A stretch of 64,000 bases of DNA from Podarcis liolepis (lineage: Eukaryota). Both the position numbers and the translations under genes were made by a program. Location of the stretch: assembly GCA_965112155.1 (NCBI GenBank), contig OZ218098.1; one strand, given 5' to 3'. Shown one piece after another: positions 38,233-51,728 of this stretch. The notes under the pieces are model-generated. The model searched no databases. It saw nothing but the letters and a program-made list of their open reading frames with translations, and was not told where the DNA came from. How positions within the stretch are numbered: position 1 is the first letter of the stretch; every line of letters starts with the position of its first letter.

Positions 38233-38931
38233 GTTCTTCTAGGGAGCTGCCTTACACTATGCCAGACTATTGATCCATCTAGCTCAATATTGCCCACATT
38301 GTTTGGCAGTGACTCTGCAAGGTTTCAGAGAAGAACATTCCCAGTCCTACTTGGAGAAGCCAAGGATTGAATTTAGGCCCTTCTCCATACAAGTCAGATG
38401 CTCCAAGGCTAAACTACAGATGAACTGAGTCAGTGTGAAGTCTGGCCCTTACAAGACAAGAAAGCCTAATTTTGGACTTCCTCCCTGGGCGCTAGAGATT
38501 CTTCACCATAGTAGCTAATAGTTCACTAGGAGATCCCTTGTTCAGATCTCAGCTACAGACTCAGGGAGTGGCTTCAGACAAGTCACAATATCTTATGCTT
38601 GCAAGATAAGGATAAGAATGCTAACCTACTAGACAGGATTGTTGCAAATGTGACTTATTAATATGAAGCCAAATCTACAGTTCAGTTCCAAAAAGAAGCA
38701 TATACATTGAGCATGTAGAGAAACTGAAGTGAAGGCATTAATCTATCAAATAAAGTGGCAAGAAAAATGTTCCAGCAGAGGCTATTTATATTCACCTATC
38801 TTCTGTTTCCAAAAAAAATGCAAAGAACTAAGTAGAGGAATTTTTTTTATATTTATAGAGGCAAGCAGTAGCCCCTATGACATGCTGGAAGGTTGGCATT
38901 TTAAATATTCGACTTGTGTTGAGTTACTTAC

Positions 38932-39085
38932 ATCTTTGACGAAGTACTTAGTTTGCCACGGTTCTCCTGTCTCAGCCCGAAGTCGTTCTTCATTTCTCTG
39001 CCGTTCCTCAAGTGCTTTCTTATGCTCTGTCGCCTTATCAATGTCCCCGTCCCTCAGAGACTCTGTCACATGTTGCCACAGCTTC
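38932..39085 (-). CDS. OSBPL11: OSBPL11 exon 12
   Basis: [51 protein letters not shown]; cag/gtaagt. Confidence 0.95.
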
Positions 39086-39588
39086 CTGAATTAAAAAAAG
39101 GACAGCTGACTTCAAGCTCTCTTAGCAGGTCAGTGTCTTGTCAATGCTTGCAGCACATGAGCAGAATTCACAGCTATAATCTTGGCTCCTCTCATATTAA
39201 GAATAAGGTGAACTGAAAGGCAAGAAGGAACTGCCACCACATCCTGGAAGTGCTTTCTCTCCAGAAAAAATTATGAGAAACTTGCAGTGCAATATAGAAT
39301 ATAGCTGTTACCCAACTGAAGAATAAAAATGCATGGCAGCAGTGGAGAATCTCAGTGCAGCCACATTTAATGGAAGTGCCAAACCATTCTGTGAAGAACC
39401 TCTAATTCTCTGGGCCATTTTTTGAGAGCCTCCTATGCTCATTTTGGTTTTTCTTAGGTTTTCCTAACACATTTTTTAGAAAATAAAAAACCACTTTGGC
39501 TCCCACAAATATGAATGAAAAAGAAATGCAGGCATCTAAGTGTACCCAGTAAGTGTTAATTGCGAAAACATAAAAGAACTTCTCTTAC

Positions 39589-39771
39589 CTGGATTCAAAT
39601 GCCCCTTGTTTCTCAATGGGTCGGACTCGTTTTCTTGTGACAGACAGCTTTGTCAAGTCCATGCATTTTGTCTCTCCATTGCTGTAGGTGAATTCAAGGA
39701 TGCTATTCCATTCCCCTTGCACTCTACAGACAACAGTGTTGGTAGCATTCTGTTTCACCTCACCAGTAACC
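39589..39771 (-). CDS. OSBPL11: OSBPL11 exon 11
   Basis: [35 protein letters not shown]...[15 protein letters not shown]; tag/gtaaga. Confidence 0.95.
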
Positions 39772-41164
39772 CTAAAAAAACAGCATTCAAAAAGTAAAAT
39801 GTGACAATAGCTGGATTAGCCCATGCTCTGTATTCATGTAGGGTTACAGCTCACATTGTGTTATTTCTTTTTAGAAACAGGAATACATGCAAGTTCCAGT
39901 ACAGCAAGATTTGAGTGCTCATCATCTTCTTTGCAAATGTGTTTTAAAAAGCTACATTTCTAATGTTTAACTATGCAGCTAGTTCAAAACAGTTTTCAAA
40001 AGAAAATAGTAAACTTAGGAGCCCATTAGGGGCCCATTAATTATTTTTGCACTCATATCTTGCATTTTACTTCTTTAAAAATCATTGTTTTCTATTGATG
40101 GCAGCTCAAGAATTTCATGCCATGGAGGGTTGAGAGAGAGAGAGAGAGATAGACTTTTAAATATGTGGCTTGCCAAGTAATACTGAACAACAAAGTTTAA
40201 TGGGAACTTCACCAAATTTGCGAAATCTAGCGTACCAAAAAAGGAGCATTTTGCTTACAATTCAATGCTAGATGAGTTTCTGGTGGCCTCCTCTAAGCTT
40301 TCTAAGATAGGAATACATTAGACTGGATAAACGTTCCTCTGCATCAAGGTGGCTACCCTGTAGCCCTCTGGCTGTTGCTGGACTCCAACTCCCATCAGTC
40401 CCAACCAGCATGGCCAATGGTCAGGCATAAGGGGAGCCGCAGTCCAACAACCTCTTGAAAGGCTATTGCTTGGCCGCTGCTACCTTAACATGCTGATTAC
40501 AGTGAAGTATTGCAGATTTTGGATTAAAGAGAAATATGCAGTTTTCCCAACATCCTGTTAAAAATACCAATACCGACCAATACTAAATATGAAATAGTGT
40601 CTAGATATTATATTCTATTTTAGGTAAAACTCCCTGAAACCAGATGTTTCCCTAGCATTATTTTAAACCTAAGCAAATGCAAATTGTACTATGGAAGCCA
40701 ACTTCTGCCTCAGCAATTCAGCTGTGCACAATACAGTTCCGCTCAATAAAAAGTATTTAATAGTAAAGTTCTCTGAAAAATCTATAGTAGCATTATTTTC
40801 ATTACAATATCAACTAGCAGCAGAGTCACTATGACAGCATTTTCTCTCTTGTACTTATGACTACAAAAAAGCTCATACAAACACTAACCCAAAGTCCCAT
40901 TGGAAATTGAAACGACAGACAAGTGCTTTGATGTATTTGATTTACTTGAAATAGTTATTGGCCATCTTTCAAGGCAAATGCTCTCTCAAGGCACTTGATA
41001 TAGAAGCATAAAATTAGGAAGCACAATTTCAATAGCACAACACAATACATAACATTCTGTCATTATTTTCCACTATTTCCCTGCCAGGGGCCAGAGTTCA
41101 ATCAATCTTCTGCAAATATTTAACTAGTTAAATAAATCAAGATGGTTTAGATGCTGAAAATCTA

Positions 41165-41237
41165 GTTGAGATTCCTGCACTGCAGGGGGTTGGACTAGAT
41201 GACCTTGAAGACCCCTTCCAACTCTACAATTCTCTGA
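41165..41237 (+). mobile_element. CR1 3'-terminal fragment
   Basis: GGGGTTGGACTAGATGACC...CCCTTCCAACTCTACAATTCT. Confidence 0.65.
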
Positions 41238-41523
41238 AGATCCTTTTCGAGTTACTGAGACTCTGACTTGAAAGCGACATTCCAGCAAGCACCAAAAGCA
41301 TTTCAGAAAAGGTTTAGCTTCCTTTTAAATGTCCTTCTCAAGTTTTCAGAACAAAGTGGTAAAGTGGCTTGCTTAGATCAGCAGCAGCAGCATACATGGA
41401 CTTCGTTTTTACAACATCCAGCTCAAAAGAGGAAGATGAAAAGATGCCATTCCCATAAGAAAGTTACCTGCAATTGATTCTGCACTACATTACACAAAAC
41501 GCCTGCCAACCATAAATACTTAC

Positions 41524-41710
41524 CGGTGAAGCTTGCCGCCATAGAATGGTTTGGTATGGAAAGTAATACTTGCAGAGTATCCCGTTTTTGCACAATTAAC
41601 ACTGACTTTTCCTCCCAGTTCTACCCAAGGGACAGTCAGAATTGACCGAGCATATGCACAAGGCAGAGAAAACGTGTATTCCTCTCCATGGTCCAAGAGA
41701 TTTAAAATAC
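41524..41710 (-). CDS. OSBPL11: OSBPL11 exon 10
   Basis: [36 protein letters not shown]...[10 protein letters not shown]; cag/gtaagt. Confidence 0.96.
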
Positions 41711-43199
41711 CTGCGAGACAAGAGAAATTCACATCAGCTCCACAATAACAGAAACAAATAATTCATACTCCCCGTACTTATATTAGAGGATGCAGAGAAC
41801 CAGGACTTTTTTATCAGTTAGTATTATCAATGATATACCACTTACTTAAGGTGACAACAGCCCTTTTCTTTTAACTCACAGAGGAGCTATTTGCACTAAC
41901 AGTATAGGGTTGTATCCAGCCAAGCTTGTTTATTTATAAAAATATTTATATACTGCTATTTCATTAAGTTATCAAAGTGGTTTACAACAAAAGTACATAA
42001 ACCATGCAGCAAAAACCATATTAGAAAGATTAAAATCAGTTGCTGTTCCGTTAGTGCAAGGACTTTTGCCTGTGCAATATAACTTTCTCCCCCTGAGACG
42101 ACCCCCCCCCATGCCTGCAAATATGCTCTAGAGGGTTGGGAGATCCCTTGGAATAGATGGGAAGAAGTCCTATTGCATAGGTGGAAATCCTTGCTCTAAC
42201 AGGAGTTTGTTGTATATACAACCCATAGTATATGTTAGGAAATTATGATCATTAATTGTAAAGACAGAAGATATACCCCCTGTTTTCCTGTGAGAGATAA
42301 AATTCATTGGGATCATCCCCATTTGCATTTTCTACTTAAGAGGCCAACATAGTTTGTAAACTAGTAAAGCCTATGACCCTCCCCGCCCCCCCCAGCACAA
42401 TTCCTCTACATTTCTGAGGCTTGCTGGTATCTATGTCTTACTGTGACTTGTCAAACAACCCTACATTACAAAAAACGTCTCCACTGTATAATAAGTTGAG
42501 CAACGGAGTAAGATTAGTTTTGGGTGCAGGATGGACGACATCACCTCTCACAAGGAACTAGAGCAAAGCAACAGTTTCAGAAAAAGGGGTCTGTGCACCT
42601 GAAATTCTGTAGGAAATATCTGAAATTAACAGAAATGTGCAATGCAAAAGAAGCAAAGAAGAAACTGGAATGCATACTAGGGCCAGGACATAGGCATCAT
42701 AAAAGAAGACACAAAAGACATCATCTGGAGACAAACATTTTTATCATTTTCACGTGCTACAAGATTTCCGAACTTGGTCCCAAGTGCTCCCAAAACAACT
42801 GAGGTCCACTGTAAGTTCTGACAGGACTGGAGCCTGTCTTCTTCTCTGACCAAGAGACCAAAGAGAGGTTGCCCTTGGAAGGAGCACCTAATCCTGTAGT
42901 CTGTTGCATCTGCAGCTGGCTGGGACAGAGGGCATAAAAGCTCAGCTGCACTTGGGTGTTAGGCTTGCCACCAAAAGGGTGACACTAAAGGGGTTCATTC
43001 CTCATAAGGTGTCTGTGCTTCTTGCACAGGGTGAGAACCTGGACAGTGAATTGTATGACTGGAGAAAGTTGCCAGATTCTCCCAGGGCAAGAGCCTGCAG
43101 TGTGAATATGAGGCAGGATTGGAGTGTGGCAGGGGCTGGGTGGTTTGTACATGCTTTTAGTAAAGCTGTTCTTAACCAGATAGATACCTTCTGGGATAA

Positions 43200-44450
43200 C
43201 TGATGGGTAGTAGTACATTTTTGTTGTTGGGCTGTTATTTATATCATGGGCTTGTGAAGAGCCGAACATGGTTAGGGAGAGAAATGGCTATGGGAGACAA
43301 GTTATCACAGAAGTCGAGGGAGAGGCTATTTACACCTTGATTCTTGCTCCCACCTCTCCCATGGCTGGGTTCCTGGTGGTTCATCTGCTGTGGCCATCAG
43401 CCTGTCCATGGTGCCTATGAGACCTGGGTGGGCAAGCTGGGAGTTGATCTGACTCAGCTCTGTCCACCTGACTACAGCATCAGCACAAGCTACAGAGATA
43501 GGGTGGCAATGAAGTGGATGTGGCTCATAGTACCGGTACTTCCATCTACATCACCAGAAAAAAAACCCTGTCTTGGAGCTGGTTGTTAGGGCCGGTACCT
43601 GTTGTTGGGCCAAGAAGACAGTCAACAAGGGTCACTGCTGGTTTACCATCTAATCTGCTGCTAACCAGCTTATCTGACCAAGCTGATGGGCATGGTGATG
43701 GAGGAACCCCTAACAATAGCCCTGGATGATGTCAACATCCATGCAGAGGATGCCTCAGGTGTTCCTTTTCAGGACTTCATGGCCTCCATGACAGCCATGG
43801 GGCTGTCCCAAGTTATCAGTGACCCAACACACTGGCCAGGGCACACCCTCAATCTGGTCTTTGCTCCAGATGGAGGAAGGGGTTGACTGGAAGTAGCAGG
43901 GGGCTCATGGTCAAACCACTTTCTGGTGAAGTATGGTCTAATGGCTTTGATCCACCCCTGGAGGGGTGGGGTACTGAATTGGATGGCCCACTCTCACCAC
44001 TGGAGATTAATGGAATCCAATGGGTGCCTAAATGCCCTGGGCCTTTTTCCCAGTGAGTAGAGCAGACAATCTGATTGAAACTTAGTTGCGCTGTTGAACA
44101 GTGAAGCACAATGAGCTCTTGAAATGGCCATCCCTGAGCATCTCTGGCACCATGAAGCCCTGCCTTCACAGGTTAGATCAGTGTTTCCCAACCAGGCGCC
44201 ATATGGCCCCTGGTGGCCCCCAGGATATTCCAGGGGGCCAAAGGTCAAAATCTCGTAAATGGGGGGCCACAGCACACAACTGCCCCCCCCCGGCTACGTC
44301 CATGGGCAGGCCACAGGAAGGAAACAAGGTCAGAAGGGAGCCACGGTTAGAAAAAGATTGGAAAACATTGGGTTAGCTGACAAGTAAAGCACAAGTGGTG
44401 AAACACACACTGTAAAACCGACCAAACATGAGTGAGCCGATGTGGCAAGT
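43200..44450 (+). mobile_element. Degenerate L2 ORF2 5' (endonuclease) remnant
   Basis: DDVNIH...MGLSQVISDPTHWPGHTLNLVF resembles APE-type endonuclease motifs GDFNIH and PTH..GHTLDL. Confidence 0.6.
44179..44370. mobile_element. hAT MITE with the same TIR type as the 61934 element
   Basis: CAGTGTTTCCCAACC left end, degenerate right end, TSD GGTTAGAT/GGTTAGCT. Confidence 0.78.
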
Positions 44451-44476
44451 GGCTAATTGCAGCGTTCTTCACTTAC

Positions 44477-44966
44477 CTTCGCCAACCATAGTGACTCCTA
44501 TTGACATTCCTAGGAATTTACTTTTAGTCCAGACGTGAGCATTGACACACATATTCCTTTCTACGCATTCGGCATAAAACCCTGAGACTGGAGGGTGATG
44601 GGACACTTGTTCCGCTACAAATTTGACTGTGTGGTAGTCCGACTCTGCTTGTTCCTGTGACTCTTCTGAGACAGTCCCTTGCTCAGAGAGGGAATGGGAC
44701 GAAGAGTTACTACTCGTGTCGGACGGTACTCGGCTCTTCCACGAGCAGTGAAACGTTTCCCCGATGATCGGGTTGTATGGCTTTTTCGCTATCGCCCCTT
44801 TGCGACCTTCATGAAAGGAAGTGAGGTAATACTCAACAAAGCGGATCATCCTCTCCTCGGGGCTGGCGCCACTGGAAATCGCAATGAAGAGATCTGGGTG
44901 GGACATGAAGTCAGCATACATTTCCAGCAAAGAGCGTTTCTCTAATATAAAAGTGGGGAGTACCAC
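44477..44966 (-). CDS. OSBPL11: OSBPL11 exon 9 (ORD core)
   Basis: [15 protein letters not shown]...[12 protein letters not shown]...[13 protein letters not shown]...TMVGE; cag/gtaagt. Confidence 0.97.
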
Positions 44967-45330
44967 CTGAAAAGAAAGAAAGGCATGAAGCACACCTAAA
45001 GCTTCGAATTGAAAGTGACTGGATAAGGGTATAACGCTTTTCTAAGCAAAGAGCACAACCTTAACTAGTGCAAACAAGAGGAAGACATGTTACTTTGTGT
45101 ATTCTTAAAACACTATGAAATACTTCCTCCTCCTTTAGGTGTTCCAACACAGTGGAGGGTGGCTGTCTGAAGCTAAGGCATCATTTATACTTATCGGGGC
45201 TCCCTGAGTGTTCTAGAACCCCGATTTTCCAGGGCTCTGAAATGTACACCAAGCCTCCACAAGTGCAGGAAGCTTCCCATTTCAGTCCATGGTGGTCAAC
45301 AGGAATGACAACCTGGGGTGAGATGGAGCT

Positions 45331-45333
<3 letters not shown>

Positions 45334-45367
<34 letters not shown>
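45334..45367. repeat. (AC)n microsatellite
   Basis: Direct observation. Confidence 0.97.
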
Positions 45368-45371
<4 letters not shown>

Positions 45372-45616
45372 AGCAGATTCCTTATTACCCAAAAGAATTC
45401 CTAAATAAACAATTCTGAGAGCGCAGTTCAACTAGCTGATATAAATTCAACTGGTAGGAATGTCTTCAGCGAGGGCTTTTTTGTGGGAAGGGGAGCAAAG
45501 GCTTAATTCCAAGTTAATTAAGTTGTCTGTGCAAATCCAGATGTGGCTGGGCCAGCCTTCAGTTCCAGAAGCACTTCCCTCTCAATTTCAAAAAGATTAA
45601 TGTTTCAGTCACTTAC

Positions 45617-45757
45617 TCTTGTTAAGTCCATGCCAAGTTTGAGTTGAGACAGGAGATGCAAGATAACGCTACGCTGTTCTTCCACGGCTCCAAGGTCATC
45701 CTCTTTAAGTTCACATGTATCCTCTATCTCCTCATCTGGGTTTATTTCCTCTGGTTC
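45617..45757 (-). CDS. OSBPL11: OSBPL11 exon 8
   Basis: EPEEINPDEEIEDTCELKEDDLGAVEEQRSVILHLLSQLKLGMDLTR; tag/gtaagt. Confidence 0.95.
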
Positions 45758-47791
45758 CTAGTGTAAATTCCAAAAACAAATTACACTTCAAATAATTTAC
45801 CAGCCCTAAATATCTGGGCTTTATAACTTAATCCCTCTTCCTCCCAAGCACAACGGTTCAGTCATCCTCCCAAACCTCACAGATAATCACTCATGTCTCA
45901 AGCAACATCATTTGTTAAGTGGCTTGTAGGAGTGATACTGAACAAGCCACTTAACAACAGTTAAGGCTGCAAGCTTCAATTAATAGCGTGATCCTGAGAA
46001 TGACGAATCAGAAGAAAGACTTAGTTGCCTAACTAATTTCTTGGGCTGACTGAAGAGAATATCACTGTTCATCCTCCACAGACACACTAGCTCTCTTCTC
46101 CCTATGGAAGTTTTATTTTGTAAAAAAACACAAATTTTATTTTTCGTTTCTCTACAAAACTAGCCCATATGTATGATTTCACTTCTAGGAATAAGAGACA
46201 CAAGCTAGTAAAGCTGACAGCACTCAGTTTAAACCAATGTCAGTGTATCTCTTCTGCAATACGGGTGGGATTTCAATATGCTCATTTTTTGTGTCTCTAG
46301 GGTGCTATTAAAATAGGAATTATTATACAATCTGGATTTCTACATTGATAAAAAATAAATAAAGATGGTTCAACAATGAATAGTAGCCTTTGCTTACAGG
46401 TTCTTATGCTGCCCAGGAGCATTCTTTAATGATCTCAAACACCCACCTCAAACACACTCAGGGTTTTGGTAATATGCACATTTACTTGATCTGTTAATTA
46501 AAAGCTGGGTGTTTCATCAACTGCGTTTTAACTTCAGCTGATAGACCTGCTTAACAGATAGGTATAATCATATTTTGCCTTTGATGGAACAATTTTTTTA
46601 TATTTCTAGTACTTGCTGTCAATTTCCTGAAATGAACAAGACAAAATCACTGAGTGGGAAATTTAAAAACCCACTTTAATAACAATTAAATGTAAAACAA
46701 AAATAAGAGGAGTAACATATGTTATGTTTAATGCTAATGATGCTCAGTTTCTCCTATGTAGAATGATGACTTCAAGTATTACAGATGGAAAAAAGTGGGA
46801 ACAGTAAAAGTTCTCTGACAGACTTGCCCTGAATATAAAATGTGCCAACACACAAAAAAAGAAATAAATGAAGTATAGCCTGCATGTATCCATGTATCAC
46901 AGATTATGAAGTTTACTCTCCCAGAAGGAATTCCTGCTTGTCCTAAGTGGAATAGCCAACTACAAAACGGCTATAGACCAAGCATAGAAGAAGTATTTAG
47001 TAAGATGACCTGGACTCAAAGGTCTATTAGCTCCAATGGCAGAGAGGGAATGATATATTCAGTATCATGTCTCACCTTGGAAGAGGCAGACTGAAGACAA
47101 AGACAGATAAGGCACACCAAGTATTTGTTTTTAACTAATTTTAATGCTGTGTTTTAAATTGCTGTATCCCACTCTGGAACCTTGTGGTGAAAGGCAGGTA
47201 ACATTCTGAATAAACAACAAGGAGTCTTATCCACTTGGCCACTATGGTATCTATCAAAATAAGCAAAGCCTTTTCAAACATACGGACCCAGGAGTTACCC
47301 TCCATATTCCACAAAATATTTGTCAGTGATATTAATAAAGACTGCTTATAGAACAGAATAACTGTGAATGCTTATTGTTCCATGTCCCATTTGAAGTGCC
47401 CTTCAAAGCTATACTGAGTAGACATCTTCCTTTAATAGTTCCTCGGAAATGTGCAAAAACATTTCCCCGCTCTTCCCTGCTTTCTCTACAGGCACCAAAA
47501 TGCACCAGTATTTTAGGCTGTGACAACGATTCTCCAACAGAAGGTCTGGGAATGCCAGTGGGTCCCAGTGCACTTTCAAGTGGGCCTCACTGACACAGCC
47601 CACACTGTGTCTCCTCACTTGCCCGCCCTGCCCCTGCCATTTTGATTGGACTGGTGCCAGTACCAGCAATTCCTTGCAGAGAAAGATGGGCGGGAGTCAG
47701 AGTTGGGATGGGGGAGGAAAGGGAGTTTTCCCTTCTCTGAGAGGAAAGGGCAAGAGGAATGGAAGGAAATTAGAGATGCAAAAGGCTAATA

Positions 47792-48001
47792 CAGTGGTAC
47801 CTCAGGTTACAGACTCTGCTAACCCAGAAATAGTACCTCAGGTTAAGAACTTTGCTTCAGGATGAGAACAGAAATCGTGCTCCGGTGGCGGGGTAGCAGT
47901 GGGAGGCCCCATTAGCTAAAGTCGTGCTTCAGGTTAAGAACAGTTTCAGGTTAAGAACGGACCTCCAGAACAAAATAAGTACTTAACCCGAGGTACCACT
48001 G
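47792..48001 (+). mobile_element. Tc1/mariner-type MITE (family A)
   Basis: TA-flanked, CAGTGGTACCTC TIRs, closely similar to 1970-2184. Confidence 0.85.
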
Positions 48002-48079
48002 TACTTAAAAATAAGTAGCAACTGGAAACAGAAAGAAAGGAGATGAGAAGAAAGCTGTTGCAGAAGAAAGAAGTGAACA

Positions 48080-48204
48080 CAGTGGCGTAGCGTGGGGGGT
48101 GCAGGGGGTGCCGGCCACACCGGGCGCAACATCTGGGGGTTAGGGTTAGGGGGCGCAAATTACTTGCCTTGCCCCGGGTGCTGACAACCCACGCTACGCC
48201 ACTG
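48080..48204. mobile_element. 125-bp hAT MITE with internal telomere-like repeat
   Basis: Perfect 17-bp TIR CAGTGGCGTAGCGTGGG, 8-bp TSD AGTGAACA. Confidence 0.88.
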
Positions 48205-50200
48205 AGTGAACATAAAAGGGTAAGGGAGGAGGAAAGGAAAAACTGGCTGCTTAGGTAGATAAGGCACAAGTGTTAAAGGAGAAGAAATAACAGGAGATGA
48301 ATAAAGACTTTGAAATGGGGGGATAATATAAAAAGACGTCTCCATCTAGAGCCTCTGAAACAGCAAATTCTACCTAAAACGGGCAGGCTGAGTCATATCA
48401 CCTCAGGGCCAGTATCTGTACTGCGGAACTTCTTGCCACAAGGAAATCGCTCTGCCAGGGAATTTAGAGATTTCTGAAGTGTAATTAGATATCAATAAAG
48501 AGCAATGTCAGTACCTGCCAGCTGATTATGCCTGTCTCCATCTCTACCTGCCACCATTTTGTAATTGTTTCTGCCCCTGCCCTGACACCCAACAGTTTTG
48601 TAAGTGCTAGCCTTCAGTCCTCTCAAGTGGGCCCTGGGGGCAGAAAGTTTGAGAACTGCTGGGATACCTGAATTAATTTTTCTGGGATGGAACTATGGTG
48701 GATATTCATCCCAGTGCGCGCAGAAAAATAGCTGAGAGAACAGTCACATTCACACTACTACTGCTATTGTGGAAACTCAAAAGCTTTGCAACAGGCCTTG
48801 CTCCTCCCAGCAACTGGGAGCGAATACTAAGGAACAAGGGATACAGGAGCAGAGGTTGGGGGGCAGCAAGAACAACATAGGAAGTGGGCTATGAAACTGA
48901 CTCTTCCCTATGGCTGGTGAGGGAGATGTGATTTCATTTTAAATCATCTAGTTGCATCTTACTAAATGAGTTTATTTTTTTGCTTGTATTTGTATTTACT
49001 TGTATTCCTCTCCCAGCCTTGAAGTTCCCTGCTCACGGCATACTGCACTCCGAATTCTATTCAGTTACATACACTCATCATTTAGGAATGCTTGGGTGTG
49101 TGGAGATTTCTGCCTCAGTGAAGAATGGGTTGGGCACCAGGTCTTTTCAGGTACAATTCAGTAACTCTTCTAGGTAACACCGTCAAGTGCTGCAAGCAAC
49201 AGGGTGTGTAGTGGGAATTTGCCATCTCCTAGAGCAAAGTGTGGTGGTAACCAGGGAGAAGTAAAGAAAAGCAGTAAACAGCAGTCATCAGAACAGGAGC
49301 AGCAGCCATGACGGGGTAGGCAGAGAAAGGGAGACTATTTTCTTGCATTGTCTCTCCAGGGTGCGAACAGCTGCTGAACTGTCAGTAAGTATGCTGGCAT
49401 CACATTCTTCCAGTAAGGGTATTCCACTTCTGTAACTCAGTTTCTTGTTTGGAAGCAACCATGATTCAAAGCCTAGCTTTGGCTTCCAACTCATTAAAAA
49501 AACTTAAACACACACACACTTTAAGTAAAGTTTAAATCAAATAGGCAATCACTAAATTTCTTCATTTTTAATGTGGGAAATGAAGAAATGACAGCATCCA
49601 TTCACTACAACTTTCATGGTTTGCTTTCTGAAATATGGTCGTATTACAATTTTTTTATAGCTTTCATTATATCCTTTCAATTTAAGATATTTTAAGATCA
49701 GATATGTAGTTTTACAATGAGATCTTACAGCTTGTTGCTCCATTACTATTCTAATCTGCTGTTAATTTTCAAGAAAGGTATCTATAGATTAAGTGACAAA
49801 ATATATATATTAAAAACATCCAGTTGCATTCTCACTTTATCTTGACCGATTTGGGCACATATACCTGGAAATGTTTTCACCGTTTAATCTGCTTATGGCT
49901 TTGCAACTATATTTAACTGCATGGGATTTATTATAATTTACTTAATTATTCCTTTCATCAATGCTACCTTTTCCATATTTCCTCCTGTTAATGACAGAAG
50001 GGAAAAAGCTACAACTTAAGAAGTGATACCTGTATTGATACTGTGTTACACTCACAGAAACTATTTACACTCTGATTTTTCTCAATGATGCCTACTCAAA
50101 ATAGTAGTATATTAAAACCCTGAGCCGTCCCCATTTCTCAAGTAAAGGAGGAAAAAACCAAAAACAAAGCACACAACAGGGGCTTTCATGTTAACCTTAC

Positions 50201-50346
50201 CCTGGTTAGCTGACTGGAACCTGAAATGGACTGCTCCTCTCTGATCGATGATGGCTTGTTTTGATCTGCTGGGAAATTCTGATCTGCTCCATTTTTGAAG
50301 TGGTTTGGCAGGGAGATCTTTGGTTCCAACCAGCTGATAGTTGTCC
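50201..50346 (-). CDS. OSBPL11: OSBPL11 exon 7
   Basis: GTTISWLEPKISLPNHFKNGADQ...QLTR; cag/gtaagg. Confidence 0.92.
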
Positions 50347-51526
50347 CTGAAGCAAACGAGAGTTTACGCTGAAACTTGCTCATATTCTAGAAGCGTATTT
50401 TGTTTTTCGAAAAGGCAACTGTCATTAAGCAGCTTTACTCCCCCCTCCCCCCAAAATGACTAAAAAGCAACTGAGCTTGCTCAAGCAGCTACAAAAAAAC
50501 AAGGATGGGTGCAGGAGAACACCACCTCCTCGGGTCATTAGAATGATGCCTGTGATTGGGCCATGATGAAACACACAACTTGCTCCGGCGGAGGAGGAGA
50601 TGGGGTTACGAAAGGTGTAATCAGACACCAGTTAAAGAACCCAATAAGACTGGGTTGTTACGTAATCCCTTTGGACAGGTTGCAGCATCGACATTCTAGC
50701 AACACCATTAGGGGAAAACAATTGCAAACTGCAATTTATTTCTAGGAAGTAAAGCTAAAACTAAAGAACACACGTTTTGCCAGAGGTCTTGTTGGGGCAT
50801 TGACGGGGTGGAGGGAATACTTGGTTTTGCACAGTTGAATAAATCTCTGTTGAATAAATAATAGTTGCTTGAAAATAAAAGCTGCATCATTTGGAAAACT
50901 GTCACCCGTTCGTTTAATGATTCTGGTGTCTCCAATTACCCCCCAGCTAGTCTATCGGAATGGATACAATTCCTCATCAATAATGAAAATGTTCCATTCT
51001 GTTCTCAAAGGCTAGTGTGTGTAGACTCTAATAATGCCCTATTAAAAGAAACACATACACAAACTTGAATAAAAGAACAGTCAATCTGGGACATAAACAT
51101 TACTGGTAACTTGGCATCTTCTGCCGACCACAGTGCCGGATTCTGAGCTGAGCTGTTACACCATACAAGGACCCTGGGGAAGTTCAGCAGCAGCAGCAGC
51201 TATCTAGGTTGACTGAACATTCCCCTTCGGGTATGATCTGAAGGCACATGAGGCCACCACCATTTGGAAACTAAGCAGGTCTGGTCTGGGTCTGGGTCTG
51301 GTGCCTGGATGTTGACCACTTAGGAATGCCATGTACACCATTGTGAATTCCATGAAAGGAGTGATGTAAACTCATGATAGGCAAATGCTAAAGTGCAAGC
51401 AGCAAAGTGGAAACGTAAGAACTCCAAAGTACTGAAGGCATTTAAATATGTTTCCTATTTTGCACGGAAGAGAAAGATCAATTCAAGGCTTTATTAAAAG
51501 AAGAAGACAGAGCAAATATAACTCAC

Positions 51527-51728
51527 CAGTAGGTAAGGACCCTTTTTGTTGCGATGCATGCTGGAGCTGAAGAATGTGGAAACAATCGTTTAAGCAATTC
51601 ATTGTGGCCATAGAGGTTGCCTTGAGCATCAGCAGGTCTTGGTCCAAGGAAGAAAGATGGCCAGAGGAAGGAAGACATTCTATGTTCCTTATCAAGTCTC
51701 TCTGCTGTCCCTCAGCTTGCGACATCAT
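51527..51728 (-). CDS. OSBPL11: OSBPL11 exon 6
   Basis: [20 protein letters not shown]...[11 protein letters not shown]; tag/gtgagt. Confidence 0.94.
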
